Below, piece after piece: positions 24,290 to 37,975 of a DNA stretch of 64,000 bases (the first letter of the stretch is position 1; each line of letters begins with the position of its first letter). The position numbers were made by a program, and so were the translations under genes. The stretch comes from Vicugna vicugna (lineage: Eukaryota), in assembly GCA_013265495.1 (NCBI GenBank), contig MU061168.1, positions 1,710,209 to 1,774,208 on the forward strand, read 5' to 3'. Below the pieces are notes generated by a model. That model was given only the letters and a program-made list of their open reading frames with translations, had not been told where the DNA came from and ran no database searches.

Positions 24290-26070
24290 AAGACAAATAA
24301 AATTTCAACACTATGCAAACTGTCCTAAACTATAAAGAGAAAAATAACTCTTCCAAATTTTGTCTGGAAAACACTAATAACTTTGACAACAGAACTGGAC
24401 CAAGATGGCACAAAAATAGAAAACTACATCTCAGTTATACTCATAATATCATTGAAAAGGTCATAAATAAAATATCATTTGCCTACTGGAAAATACATTC
24501 AGCAGCAAAATAAAAGTAGAATGTACCACAACCCGAGAATATTTTGCTACTGGAAACATTTTTTTAATGGAATAATCTGCATTAGTAGACAAAAATGTGA
24601 AACGATCAAAGTATTCTTTAAACAAAACATAATATACATGCTTGATTTGAAATGTCTCACTATAATAAAATAAATAGAAACTTTCTTATTATAATGCTCT
24701 ATATGCAACAGTATGGTTAATTGTATACATACAGTGTTATGATTAATTTCACTAGAGGCATTTCCATTAGAGTAGGAAATAAAAAAGGAAGCTGCCATCA
24801 ACAATGTTATGGAGCATTGCTCCAGAAGTTCAGGCTAATGCCGGAAAAGGAATATAAGTGGTATAACATTTAGAAAAAAGGACGCAAAACAATTATTTTT
24901 TGTATATGATATACTTTTAACCTGGAAAATACAAGATGATCAACTGGAAAATATTTTAAAGAATAGAGAGAGTTCAATAAATCACCTGGTTACATTATTA
25001 AGCACAAAAAAATAGCTTTTCAGTATCCAAGTAAGCTCTAAATGCTGATGGAAAAATATGTTGCCTAAAATAGCAATAAGAAGTATGAATTACTAAAGAA
25101 AAACTTGGGGAAATGTGCTGTACTTACACGATATAAAGTTCTAAGCTTTGTTGAAAGACAAAGGAGACTTGACTAAATGAAAGATCTACTGTATTCTTGC
25201 TTAGGATTTGATATGATTGAAATGTTAATTATTTCTAAGTCAATCTAGAATTTCAATAAAATGCAATAAAAAGGCAGAAAAGATTTTTCTCTTAGACAAG
25301 AGTATTTCATATTTCAGATGAAAAATAAATATTTGAGGATAGCCAGAGTAAATCTATAAAAGAAGAATTATAAGGGGGCAGTATACCAAATAGTAAAATG
25401 TTTAATAAACTTACAGTAATTAAAACAATCTGGTACTGGCACATGAACAAACAGACCATTGGAAAAGAGAGTTCAGAAATATATCCAAGCCCATATGGGT
25501 ATTTCATTTATGAAATGTGGCATCACCAGTGGGAAAATGATGGATTAGGAAGCAAATGATGTTGTGGACAACAGGCTAGCCATTTGGAACAAAATAAACT
25601 GTGATCACTACCTTATTTATTATGTCAAAAATGAATTACTTGCATCAAAATTTTAAACATAAAAAATGAAATCATAAAAAAACACGAGGGAATTTATTTG
25701 TAATACTTGTGCAGTCTCACTAATAATTACGAAAATATGCATTGAAATGAAATCAAAATATGTTTTGTCTATCAGATGAAATTTTTAAAATATACTGTAT
25801 AGTTGCAAAATAGATATTTTCACACCTATTGGTGAGATTGCAAATTTAATGAAACTTCTTAAAGGGATGTTTGGCAATTTTAACCCAGAAATTCCAAGTC
25901 TATGAATTTAACTTTCAGATGCACTTGCCCATTGTACAAATATGTATGCAGAAGAGTGTTTATTTCAGAATTGTTAGTAAAAGCAAAAAATTTAAAAAGA
26001 GAAACAATTTAATTGTCCATTACTGTATTGCTGGTAAATAAGGTAGGGCAAATCTCTACAATGGAATTCT
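24290..26070 (+). mobile_element. Degraded old L1 (L1M-type), ORF2 RT region to 3' end
   Basis: ENY...NIIEKVINKI resembles ENYRPISLMNIDAKILNKI; downstream gtaattaaaacaatctggtactggcac and other ORF2 landmarks; A-rich sense strand. Confidence 0.82.
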
Positions 26071-26099
26071 ATAATTATTGTTGTTTTATTTAGTCAATG

Positions 26100-28100
26100 C
26101 TGTTTAGATTTGCCCAACTATTTACTATTTCCTTCAGACACCATTGCTTCTTGCATCACACACATTATTTCTGGGTTTAAGTTCCTTCTTCTTGAAATAT
26201 ATCCTTTGTTCATTCTTTCAGAGGGAGCCTGAGAGAGATCAATGCACTCCACTTTTGTTTATTCTACAGAATGTCTTCAATTTGCCCTCACTATTGAATA
26301 ATTATCTGTGTATATTGTCATTGCTTTGAGGTGATTATTTTCCTCTCTTCAAGTTCTCATTATTGTGAAATGCTCATGACAGTCTCCTGGCTATACTTCT
26401 TCAGGTATTTTGTCTTTTCCCGTTTTGCGCTTACAGCTTTCCCTGTGTGTACAGTGATACGTAATTTCACTACCGTATATCTAGGTGGAGATTTCTTTGT
26501 GTTTATCACAATATTTTTTCAATCAGAAGATGTCTTTCATAAATTCTGAACAATATTTCACCCTTCATCTTCCCATTAGGTTAAGATGTTGCCTCTTCCT
26601 ATACTGAGTGTAATATTATTCTTAGCCAGTAATGAATCTACCTGTTGCATCCTGCAAGTATTTTAACCTCTTTCATTTTTGTCCCATTTCTGTTTGTCTC
26701 TAACTACTGAATTCTGGATAATTTCCTCAGATCTACATTCTAGTTCTAACTTTCCCTTCAGCTATGTCTGATTTATGTTCAACATCCTATGGAGTTTCTA
26801 AAAGTTATATTGGGTCCTCTTTCAAATTTATCTGACTTTTTTCATAGAAACTTGCTTTTTTTAAGACTTAGTCATCACTTCACATCTCTAATCATTTAAA
26901 ACATACATATTTTACATTATTTTTTGGATTGCTCTTTAAGATTCTTGGTGTCCTAATCATATTAATTGTTGTTTCTGCTGATTCTTATTCATGGTAGATA
27001 CTTTTTCGTGTTCTTAATTGTTTAAAATTATAAGCGCATTTATTATTGGGTTATAATTAGTGAACTATTGGCAGACTAATCTACATAATTAACCATTTTA
27101 GAATTCACTCTATAAGAGACTATCTGATAGTTATTGTTAAGCATTTATTTTTGTTCAGAGATCTGTGCATCAATGGAGTTTGGCTGATCTGAGCTGGGCT
27201 CTGGCTAGGTCTGGCTCTAAGCTTTAGGTGGGGTCAGGTATGCTTCGGGCTCTAGCTATAGGCTGGGCTCATGTCTGCTCCACATCTGTTATTCTAAGGA
27301 TTACACGGAAATGGCAGCAGGTACCTGAGAGATGGTTTCCTCATGGTGGTAGAAGTGCCATCAGGCAAGACCAGCTGATCAAGTACATTTCAAGCCTTTG
27401 CCTGATTCTTGTCCATTAAGAATCCATTGTCCAAAGCAAGCCACATTGCCAAACCTGACATCATTGAGGTGGAGAAATGTATTCCACCTCTAATAGAAGG
27501 AATTGCAAAGTCACAATGTAAAGGGGGTAATAATAGGAAGGTGCAAAGAACTGAAAACAATAATGCAATCTACAACACGGTACCTTCTTTTTGCTGTGAG
27601 AAATCTACGTGGCCTGCGTAGTGGGAACTTTCTTCTAGAGTAGTTTTTCATTTGCTTTTTTCAAGATTCCCAAAGAACCAACTTCTATGTCAATTTCTAG
27701 GCTTAGTTCCAAGAAATTGTTGACTGCATAAATTCAAATCCCACAGCCACAGAAGGTTAAGCCTATGCTTTGGAATTTTCATGTCCCTGACTCCCTACAT
27801 GTAGAGAGAGAAAAATCTTCATCATCTTCCTGTGCCAGTGAGTGGATTATTGTCTTGATTTCCTTAGAATATAGCCCTTCATGGATCCTTAATGTATGAG
27901 GGGTTCTTAGGTCTAACTCTACATGACACAGCACCAGAGCCTCATCTCATGTTCCCTTATAGGGACAAACTCAACTTTCAAGATTCATAAGATCAACACT
28001 TTCTTCCCTCAACATAGGCAAACCCAACATAAATTCCCCCGCTAATCCTCATTTCAAGTTTCTTCTTGGTTTCTTGCACTGAGATATTTTTTTTCCTTAC
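26100..28100 (-). mobile_element. Degraded old L1 5' region (ORF1/5'UTR), interrupted by an MLT1 LTR
   Basis: T-rich antisense L1 text (gtatatctaggtggagatttctttgtgtttatc; taatttcctcagatctacattctagttc). Confidence 0.6.
27125..27577 (-). mobile_element. MLT1-family MaLR LTR
   Basis: ttggctgatctgagctgggct...ccattgtccaaagcaagccacattgccaaacc...aattgcaaagtcaca...gcaatctacaaca. Confidence 0.85.
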
Positions 28101-29311
28101 TGCAAACTCATCTGCACAATGAAGTGAATATTTTCTTGATGTTTGTCATGGGAAAGTTTTCAATGATTTTAAATTGCTACTGATTATAAGGCACACTATT
28201 ATTTTTTGTACTACCACGGGAATGTGATGATAATAATAACACTGCCAATTAAACTTTAACACAAAGTTATCTTATGGCTTAGAATTACTCTATGTTTAGA
28301 CTTATGTAGATATAGGATTTTATCAGTTGTCATTCATGTGTGAACATAAAAAGGAAAATGAGTTTTAAAAAATTAGTCAAGGTAGTCTTAAAACCATTTT
28401 ATACTCAGAGTCTGATGCTTCTAAATCACCTTTTCACTTAGACTTATTGATACCTGTGTTTTTCTTCACATCATTATTTTCTTTTATTAAGAGAGTTGAT
28501 GCTGCAACAGTTTTTAGAGAGCACTTTATTCTACTTTTTAAAAAAATTCCAAGTTGCTGCTGTCCACTATGAAAATTTTGAAACTGATGTTTCTTGATCT
28601 TACTGTCACGTGTTAAAGGAAGGTTTTCAGATGAAAACGGGGAATCATTTTCCTCCTCCAAATGGTCCTTAAACCATTTGCTGATTAAAATGTCAAGGGT
28701 TACAGTTATTCAGCTTTTATCAGGAATATCCACCAAGTGTCTAAATGTGCAGGCAATGAGAACACCATCATTTTCAGCCATCAATGATAGAATGTGAAAA
28801 ATTGTCTCTTAGAAGCAATAAAATATGGTAATATGTATTTTTGCTGTAACTAAAAATGAGTATCACTTTTTAATAAAACCAAAATAAACAAAAAATAAGG
28901 GCTGCTCAAGCAACACGCACATATATCCACAAACAAATGTGAAATTATATACCTCTGATAATCATAGCTGACATTTGGCTGGGACTTACTCTTGCTAGAT
29001 ACCATGCTAAGCATTTTAGGTATATTATCTTGCTCAATCCTGACACAGTCCTACTTAACACACAATCCTATGCAAATCCACATTTAACCCTCATACAATC
29101 AAAATTTGAACCCACTACCACTTGCAAGTGTAATGAAAATGTAGCATCCATCTCTCTCTAATTGATCTACTTTATGATCTCTCATCCAGCCGTGTAGGGG
29201 TCCAAATGGATGGGTGGAGAGAGATTCAATTTGCCAGTTATCAGTATCTCCATCTCTTACACTTTGGAGGGACTCAGTAAATATCAGTGGTTGAATGAAT
29301 GTTGGCAAGAT

Positions 29312-29510
29312 ATAATAATAGTGCAAGTAGCTCTAATAGGTTGAGTGCATAGTAATATACAAGACACTGTGCTAGGTGCCTAGATATATGAATATTTTCA
29401 TCTTCAAGTCTCTTAACAAAGAGCTTGCAAAGTAGGCATTTTTAAGAACAAGAAATTGAGCCTCAAGGAGGCTAAGGAACATGGCCAAGTTCACACAAGC
29501 AGTAAGGCAC
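29312..29510 (-). mobile_element. MIR SINE
   Basis: acactgtgctaggtgc...aagaaattgagcctcaaggaggctaaggaacatggccaagttcacaca. Confidence 0.72.
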
Positions 29511-29979
29511 ATTTAAGTTTATCTGGGGCTTCTGCATTTTCCAGGTTAGACTGTGAGTCACCGAGTCTGAGTTCTCAGGCATCTCTAAGAACGTTCTAGG
29601 GACAAATGAGGGTGTTCTTCCTGAGTCATCCCTAGAATCTTCATGCATCACTCAAGTATTCAAATGATTTGGCAGAATTTCCATTTCTCTTCTTAAATAT
29701 CTGACTCAATCTGCCTACCATAACCTAACCTGTAATTGAATTAGCTCTTAATAAAATGACAGATGTTTTGAATCTGTCTTCAATAGAACTTCAGAAATTA
29801 TCTCTCCCCAATTTTTCTGGGTCAAACAACATTTTGTGTCAGGTGATTAGTGAGAAATGCTGATGTTATTCATTCTACTCTCTGTGTATCTCTCAGAAAA
29901 GGGGAAATGGAATACACACAAGTGTGCTGTAGAAACACATGTTCGCTTAGGTTTATAAGGTGGTAGTAACAGATCTTCA

Positions 29980-30230
29980 AGGCCCAGATCAAATCCTTCC
30001 ACTTCCAAGAAACTCAGACTCCTTTATTTCTCCTTCCGTCAAACTCCCATAGCATTTTGCTTGTAGTTCAGTACTTATCATAGTCTACTTTCTATTTTAT
30101 GTGTTAATACCTGCCCCTTCCCCCCTAAGTAGTGAGTGTGGAGACCCCCTCTTACCCTTCTTTGGGTTCCTCATGGCATTCAGCACCATTCTTTGTATAT
30201 GGAATTTGCTCACAAATATTTGTTGAAGTG
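29980..30230 (+). mobile_element. L2 3' fragment
   Basis: ...ctcccatagcattttgc...gctcacaaatatttgttgaa. Confidence 0.6.
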
Positions 30231-31784
30231 ATCCAAATATGTTTATGTTCAATATTGAACTTGTACTTATATTCCAATTTTTATCTCAGTCTGATTATTA
30301 CAGTTTGCTTTTTCATGACATTCGATTCTTTCAGTTTCTTTCTTTCTTTCCTTTTTTGTTTGAACAATACACACACGATTAAGACAAATCTCAGAGTTTG
30401 GCATCTTTCCAAATATACCAATAGTTGCCTTGCTCTTTTAGCTGCATTGAATTCAATCAATCTAACCCCCTACAAAGCCCAATGGTGAGTGATGAACCAA
30501 TGCTACAAATGGTGAACTCAACCCATGGTGAACTTTCTCTTATTTGCTGTGATTTCTGGAAATTTCTTACCTTATTAGCTCTTGGCACAATGTGCCATGT
30601 AGTAGGCACTCAGTTATATTTAATGAATGGAGCTGAATTACTCTTAGTTCCTGGCCCCATTTACCAGACTCCAAATGAATGTATTAGGAAGCCCTATGAC
30701 AAAGGATTAATCACTCAACAAACAGCCAGAGAAGACTCCTAATTTGTGACCAACCCCACACCAAATGTAGAGTTTGAGAAGTCTTCTTTAAAACCACAAA
30801 TTGAACATATTGCCATGGTTCTATTCTGCTACAACTTAAATCCATTTTTCCGTATATTATGAGATTTCTTCTATATCTAAATGATGCCCGCTTTAAAATC
30901 AAACAAACAAAAAACAATTAGGCAACTGAAGAGATTCTTGGTATTTATTTGGTTTCCAAATAATGATTGAAATTGCTTTTTGAAAAAACTTCAACTGATA
31001 TATTTGGGAATGATTATGGCCAGTGACTTGGGTAGATTTGGTTACGACTTATTAAAGTGCCTGCAAGTGTCTAGATGTCCCCACCGAGAAATGAAGTAAA
31101 TGCACACCTGAAGAATTCAGTCACTTCTGATACAATTTTTGTCACTAACATATACTCCGTGAGGCTCCTATCTGGCTGCTGACTTCATATGTTTGAAGAG
31201 TTTTTATGAGCAGTATTAGACTTGTCAGTGTAGACCAAGGGCTAAAACTACAACCAAATGGTAAAAGTTACAGAGACACAGTTTTTGGTTTAATATTTTA
31301 CTAGATTTTTAATTATTATAAATTGCATAATTACAAAAATTTAATTATGCTCATAGACATCTTTCTAATAGTAAATGTAGGGGTTTTAGTAGATAAATAA
31401 CATGAGAAAAATCACTCATAATCTCATCAACCGGAAATAATCAGTTACTTTGGTGACTGTCATAAATGTATTATTTTTAAAAAGAATTTTCTTTCATCAG
31501 AACAACACTGAAATGGATTGAGCTGTGTGGGAAGTTGGGGTACCCCACCTTTCGAGCTGTGCAAGCAGCAGCTGACCTCTCTGCCAAGGTGGAAAACTGG
31601 ACATATGAGCCCTTCTAAACCTGTGGGCTTTGGACCCCTGGGGGCCCACACAGTGACTGTGAGGGTTCTTCAGATCCATATATACGTGTGTGTATATATA
31701 TATATTTTTTCCATTTACCAGTTTTATTAGTATTTTCAGATAGATATCCTCTCCTTTTACAGGCTTTTTTGTACTAATAGATCT

Positions 31785-32290
31785 TTTTAAAAATTTATTA
31801 AAAAATTTTAAATTGAAGCTGTCTTATTGCAGCCCCAAACCAAATACAAAGTTGTGTTAGTTTCAGCAAAGTGATTCAGTTATACATGTTCTTTTTTTAT
31901 ATTCTTTTTCAGATTCTTCTCCATTATAGGTTATTACAATTATCGACTACAGTTTCCTGTGGTATACAGTAGGTCCTTGTTGTTCATCTATTTTATATAT
32001 AGTAGTGTGTATAGGTTAAATCCAAACTCATAATTTATCTCTCCCCCAGACCCCTTTCCCCTTTGGTAATCATAGTTTGTTTTCTATCTCTATGAGTCTA
32101 TTTCTGATTTGTAAATAAGCTCAGTTGCATCTTTTTGGGGGGATTCCACATGTAAGTGATATCATATGATATTTGTCTTTCTCTGACTTAATATGATAAT
32201 CTCTAGGTCCATCCATGTTGCAGCAAATGGCATTATTTCAGTATGTTTATGGTTGAATAATATTCCATATTGTGTATATATATATATATA
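31785..32290 (-). mobile_element. Cetartiodactyl-type L1 3'UTR
   Basis: agtgattcagttatacat...ccattataggttattacaa...agtaggtccttgttg...gtccatccatgttgcagcaaatggc. Confidence 0.9.
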
Positions 32291-32344
32291 TACCTTTGTA
32301 TATGCATATACTTTTATTCATATACATATGTGTATGTATACACT

Positions 32345-32512
32345 TCTTTTCTCAGCTTTACTAAGGTATAATTAATGAATATAAAGTTGTGAGATATTTA
32401 AAGTGTACACTGTGATGATTTGATACACGGATTCGCTGATAAAAGATTCCTTCCATCTAGTTAATTAACCCATCCATCACTTCACATATTTTTTATTTTT
32501 GGTGACAGCCAT
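32345..32512 (-). mobile_element. Short L1 3' end
   Basis: cagctttactaaggtataatt...atttaaagtgtaca.tgtgatgatttgatacac. Confidence 0.75.
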
Positions 32513-32659
32513 ATATATTTTTATCTGCTCTTTCAAAGAATGTTACAAGTGTTACTAACATGTAAAAATAAGCTTCATATTGGAAAATTTAGGAAGTAGA
32601 AAACTAGAAAGTCTTTAAAGGCCCTTCCTCCCTGCAGGTTTAGTGGAGAGGGGTTCTTT

Positions 32660-33780
32660 CTTCCGGGCGCGGTGCTCATCAGCATAAGAAGTCTCACACA
32701 TTGAGCCCTGAAATGAACCAGCACTCGCTACTCTTTAGCCCACAAATAGCCCTTTGACTAGGCGCTATCCTTTGTATTGATTTTATTGATGAGGACTGAG
32801 ATTTAGGGAGATGAGGTAATTTACATGCCCGATTCCACGGGGTCGGGGAAAGGGGGAGGAAGGTATCCTCTGTCCCACAACTGGGCAGACTCCACCTCTA
32901 ACTCTGAAAGGAAAAGTGCGACAGAGGAGTGGCGCTGGGATAGCGCACGTGATCCGGTGTCCGGCTGTCCCCAGAGTCCGCAGTGACCGCCCCGCAGCCG
33001 GCCCTCCGGGGCTGGCTCTGGGGCTCCCGGGAACCCTGGACAGCGCCTGGGCTTCCCTGGAGCGAGACAGACGCTTCATCCCCAGCCCTCTCTCCGCCAG
33101 GCTCTTCCTTCCACCTTCCCAGAAACATCCCGCAATGAGAGAGACCTCAGGCGGCCTCCAGTCCTTCCCAAGGCTGAGCGTCTTCTTAGCCCCTCGGAGC
33201 CTCAGAGCTTTCCAAGCCTGGCGCCCACGGGCCTGGCAGTTCCGTGCTGTGTGTGAGTCCGCCGCATTGTCCGGCTCACGTCACGGCAGAGAGCAGACGG
33301 AACTGGGAATGGTTATTGGCCAAGAGNNNNNNNNNNNNNNNNNNNNNNNNNNNNNNNNNNNNNNNNNNNNNNNNNNNNNNNNNNNNNNNNNNNNNNNNNN
33401 NNNNNNNNNNNNNNNNNNNNNNNNNNNNNNNNNNNNNNNNNNNNNNNNNNNNNNNNNNNNNNNNNNNNNNNNNNCGCTAATCCCTTGCACAATGAAAGCC
33501 GAACTAATTCACTGGGTAAACACCCTCTCCAGTTACTTACAAGCTGTCTTATTTCAGCCCCAAACCAAATAGAAAGGCGGCCAGTGACTGGAGAGAAAAT
33601 CAAATATTTAAGAACTCATTTTTGCCAGAACCCACCCCTGCTCCCTGCCCGGATGCTTGCCTATCGCGCTGGGGATCGCTTTCTGCTGCGGCTTTTATGA
33701 CATGCGGCTACTTTGCAATGGAAACAACCGCTACTCCAGAGGGATTTCCCCAGCGTCGTCTTTTTCTGGTCTCCCGCTAG
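32660..33780. promoter_or_regulatory. CpG island (orphan), promoter/enhancer-like, with N-masked core 33327-33474
   Basis: High GC and dense CpG; TCACGTCA 33276-33283; ATTGG 33315-33319; TAATCC 33478-33483; TTTTATGAC 33693-33701. Confidence 0.75.
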
Positions 33781-33884
33781 CTAAACCAAATCATGGCCTG
33801 TCAGCCTGGGGCCAGGCACATAGTGGGTGCTTAAATAAAGGCCAATTTCTGCTTTATCACAGAATGCCGTTCTTTAGTCTAGAC

Positions 33885-34027
33885 CAGTGGTCCTCAAACT
33901 CCAGTATGCAACAGAATCACCTGGAAGGTTATTACAACTCAAATTGCTGGGCTCGACATCCACAGTTTGATTCAGTAGATGAGGTCAAATAATTTACATT
34001 TCTAACAAGTTCCCCAGAGGACCATTA
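33885..34027 (+). mobile_element. MER5A-like MITE
   Basis: cagtggtcctcaaact...agaatcacctgga...catttctaacaagttcccca; TSD gtctagac / gtctagaa. Confidence 0.85.
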
Positions 34028-34035
34028 GTCTAGAA

Positions 34036-34329
34036 CAGGGGTTAATAAATTTTTATATAAAGGGCCAGATAGTGAATATTTTATGCTTTGTGGGTCATAA
34101 GATTTGTCTGGATTACTCAATCTGGTACCGTAGTGCTACAGATAATATTTAAACAAATGAGCATGGCACCGACATGTGAGTAGCATGTAATTTTCACAGG
34201 CTGTGAAATAGTCTAATTTAGACTTTTTGGCAAACCTTTAAAAGTGTAAATCCATCCTTAGCTTGCATGCCATATAAAAACAGGTGGCAGGCCAGACTGG
34301 GCTCTCAGAACATTGTTTGCTGACCCGTG
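34036..34329 (+). mobile_element. MER58-like MITE directly abutting the MER5A
   Basis: caggggttaataaa...aagggccagatagtgaatatttt...caggtggcaggccaga...gtttgctgacccgtg. Confidence 0.82.
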
Positions 34330-34407
34330 ACTTAGAATCATTATGGTTACAGTCTAGTAAGTGATCATGGCAGAGACAATGGCTCAGAGCCTGAAAACAG
34401 AAGAGAC

Positions 34408-34718
34408 TGCACTATGGATTAAATTGTGACCCTCACCCCTACCCCCAGTTCACTTACTGAAGCCCTGTATGTGACCATATTTGGAGAAGGCAATTAAGGT
34501 TGCATGCTGTCAGAAGGGTGGAGTCCTAGTATGATAGGATTGACAGGGGAAGAGGCTGAGGAAAGGCTACATGGACTCACAGTAAGCCAGGAAGAGGGTT
34601 CTCATCAGAACCTGACAATGATGACCCCTCGATTTCAGACTTCCAGAAAAAAAATTTCTATTATTTAGGGCACCCATTATTCTACAGTATTTTGTTATGG
34701 TAGTCTGAGCTAAATATA
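34408..34718 (+). mobile_element. MLT1A/B-like MaLR LTR
   Basis: ctatggattaaattgtg...tgtgaccatatttggag...tcagacttccag...gtattttgttatggtag. Confidence 0.85.
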
Positions 34719-34769
34719 GATGGAGATCATTTCATTTTGGAAAAATTCTTCAGTACTCATAAACCTGAT

Positions 34770-34895
34770 TTCTCATCCCTTTATAAACCTGCTTCACAAG
34801 TATTTGGGAGTGGTCTCCTGTATGCCAGGCTCTGTTCTAGGTATTGACATGTAGAGGGGAAGAAAAACTGGATCTGCTCCTGCTACCCTGAATTT
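34770..34895 (-). mobile_element. L2 3' tail
   Basis: aagtatttgggagtggtctcctgtatgccaggctctgttctaggtattg. Confidence 0.62.
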
Positions 34896-35884
34896 TACAG
34901 GCGGGACAGTGGGTACTGGCTCTGCACAGAGCTCAGAGGGGATAATCTGCACATTTTAAGGCCAGGCAGCAGTTTTTCTGAGGACACAGAGCTTCCTGAG
35001 TTAATCAGAGAACTACATTTATAAAACACACACCACGTGCACAGCCCTATTCTAAGCCTGGTGGAGGGACATTAAGGAAAACAAATTTGTTCCTGGGCAT
35101 GAATACCAGGAATTGTATTCTCTCAGGGCCAAGCACCTTGTCTTTAAGAAACAGGCAACAGCAACATCTTAAACTTTCGGTAGAGGGTGACATTATTATA
35201 AGATAGAAGATCCTTCATTCAGGAAGCCAAGATGAAAGCTATATCTCACTTCCTAGAGGAGGATATAAGAATTGTTCTCCTTTGAAAAGTGAGAAGATTC
35301 AAAATATCTATATTTCTGTGCTTGAGGGAAGTAGGGCCTTCTTAAATGCTGACCATGGTTATTCTGTTTTAATCTGGAAAATCAGAAGAGAAGCATTGGA
35401 ACATTAATCAGATGTTTATCTTTCACAAATTCAGCAAAAGGGAAAGCTGTGTTTTGGAAACCACCATCAGCACACAAGAGTTACTGTCTGCAAGAATAAG
35501 CTATTTGCACAAAAAGAAACCATTCTTGCCAAAGATGTTTTCTATGGTGGCTTTTGCAGATCTTTGGGATTAAGTTGCAATTGTTAAGCTTTGTATGGAC
35601 CTGCTGTTAATCTGATTTGGGGTTCCTTGAGAGTAGGAATAAGGTGCATAGTCTCCTGGACACAGATGTGGTCCCCAGTGGATAGTCACACATCAGTTGA
35701 TATTTACTAAGCTCCACCAGGCCAACTCTTATCTCCATCCTAGATGTGGATTGCCTAGAGGCAAATGAGACAGACATCTGCCCGCCAGTGCTTTACAGGC
35801 TAATGCTTGAGACAAGCAGGCAGATCAACATGGGTGAGTGTCATTGGCAAAGCATCAACCTGGAATTGATACATGTTCATCACA

Positions 35885-36132
35885 GCGTGCAGGGAATCAG
35901 AACAGACATAAGTTTTAAGTTAGGCCAAACTTGGTTTGAATCCTGGCTAATTCCTAGCTCTGTGAGTCGGTGGTGCTAATTATTTAACCTCTCTGAGCCC
36001 TGGTTCCCTCCTCTGTCAGCTGGCAGGGCACTGTCCAAAGTCACAGGGTTGTTATAAGGATTAAATGATAGACTCTAACCAGTGTGTCTAGCACATTGCC
36101 TGGAACTTTCTGGAAGCCCAATAAATGTTTAT
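35885..36132 (+). mobile_element. MIR SINE
   Basis: ggtttgaatcctggct...atttaacctctctgagccctggttccctcctctgt...gggttgttataaggattaaatga. Confidence 0.85.
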
Positions 36133-37821
36133 TCTGTCTCTTTCAAATAAGTGCTAAAACTATTTGTGTAAAGTGCTTGTTTTGTGTGAGCTCTATGTGA
36201 TTGCCTTCTGCTGTTCAGAAACGCAAGTTTATTGTGGGCTATGGCGTGGGAAACTGGGGTATTTCCTGCAGGGCTCTCAAGAACTTGGCTTTATGTTCAG
36301 TCTTTGCTTGACTTTTCAGAAAGCTGTGCTGTAGGATGTGGCCTTACGTGAGTCCAGCCAAGATGAAGTGGCACTGCTCCAAGCCAGGGAGGGGCTGAAT
36401 CAGGAGGTGGCAGGTCTCCCTTGTCAAGTGGTCAAAGAGTCAGGAAGTCTGCAGTGACTTCTATCGCTCAGTTCTCTGACACCAGTTGGGCATCTGATGG
36501 GTGTGGGTGACCCTGGGTCCACCGGACCGGGGAAAGGAGTGGGAGAGGGCAACAGTCCCATCAATAATTAGAGGCTGCAATGACACTTATTGCCAGTAGG
36601 GGCTCTTCTTTTTGAGATTCTTTGTTTTTGAGACTCTGCTTAAACGCCCACCTAAGTCCATAAGGCTGGGGTCTTAAGCCAGGCTGAGGGCACCTGGCGC
36701 TAGCTGTGGGCATGGAGTCAATGGTCATCTGACAGACTGTGTCTGGAATGAAATCGAAAATAAAAACCAAACACGTGATTCCCCCACGGGGAAAAGCTAA
36801 GCTAGAGGGGAGGGGGCAGGCAGAGGGCGTTTGAGGGCAGCCCTCACCCCTGGGAGAGGAAGAGCTGTGATGGGCACTGAGCTAGACACACCCATAGCCC
36901 CGTGTTCTCTGACTGGTAAACTGCCAGGGTGGATTTAAACAGGAAGGAATCGCCATTCCACTTCCGGCCTCTCTTCTCAGCTGTGGGACCCTGCATTCCT
37001 GGGGCTGAGTCTGGGGTTGTGATGCTTTTCCTGTAGCTATAGCTGGCCTGACACTGTTGACCGAACCAGCCCTCTTTTGGGATTCTCACCCTCTTAGCCT
37101 CCAAGAGCAGGCATCCTGAGGGCTCCCATGATTGAGCGGCCACTGCTGAGACTCCCCTCCTTCACTAGGGTCGTGAGGTTCCAAACTCAGGGCCTGCTGT
37201 TTGAAACGTCACACATTTGAATACTTGAACACACTGAACATTTGTTGAAGAAACAGCCTATCAGGCTGCAAAGAGCTTTTCCTTCTGATCATAGGTTTTT
37301 ACCTTCATGTCATGACTCTCAAGTTGTTTTGGGGCCAGTTTCATCAGAAAGGCAGTTGAGAGAGGTGGTGGAGGCTTTTCCAGATCGCTGATTTTCTACA
37401 TCTTCAATAAAGAGCTAGATTCTTAAGCCAGAGGGGCAGGAAAAATTGGGGGGGGGTGGAATCTATGCTACTGAACCCTTAGTGAGTGCCGTTAGGGTAG
37501 AAAGGGAACACTGCGGTCACAGCAGGTAGATCTTGGCAGTAATGAGGGAAACCTGAAAACTGTGGTTACCAATGGACACAGGACCCCTGCCTTGAGAATG
37601 TATACTCCTCATGATCCAATAGCTCAGATGAGAGGTGACTTAAGATGACTCTTCTAAATCTTGGCTACATTGATGAGCTTTTCCATGTGTCCCCAGATTC
37701 CACAGGAGCCCAAGGGAGTCAGGGTCAGTGTAAAGGGAGAGCGCAGTAGGGGTTGCTGAACATACTCCCTCTGCAAGTCCCTATAGGTTGGTCCCTAAAC
37801 TCTACTGATGCCCAAGTTTAG

Positions 37822-37975
37822 ACACGTGACTCATAACCTCCCATAGTCTCAGTTTTCTCCTCTGTGAGGGAGACGGAGCTAATGAGACTGACCTGTGTTT
37901 TAGGATTGTGCTGGGGACTAAGATAATGGCTGGAAAGGAGTCTTGTAAAGTATTACACACATGCAAGGTATTATA
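37822..37975 (+). mobile_element. MIR SINE fragment
   Basis: tctcagttttctcctctgtgagggga...ttaggattgtg. Confidence 0.6.

Noticed and set aside
28140-28900. Possible hAT transposase remnant
   Set aside because: Only a faint resemblance (TVAAS...LIK) in AT-rich DNA; this needs a profile search.
32916-33572. 218-aa ORF across the CpG island
   Set aside because: It starts at GTG, is rich in R/A/P/G/S as expected for GC-rich DNA, runs through Ns and shows no recognisable domain.
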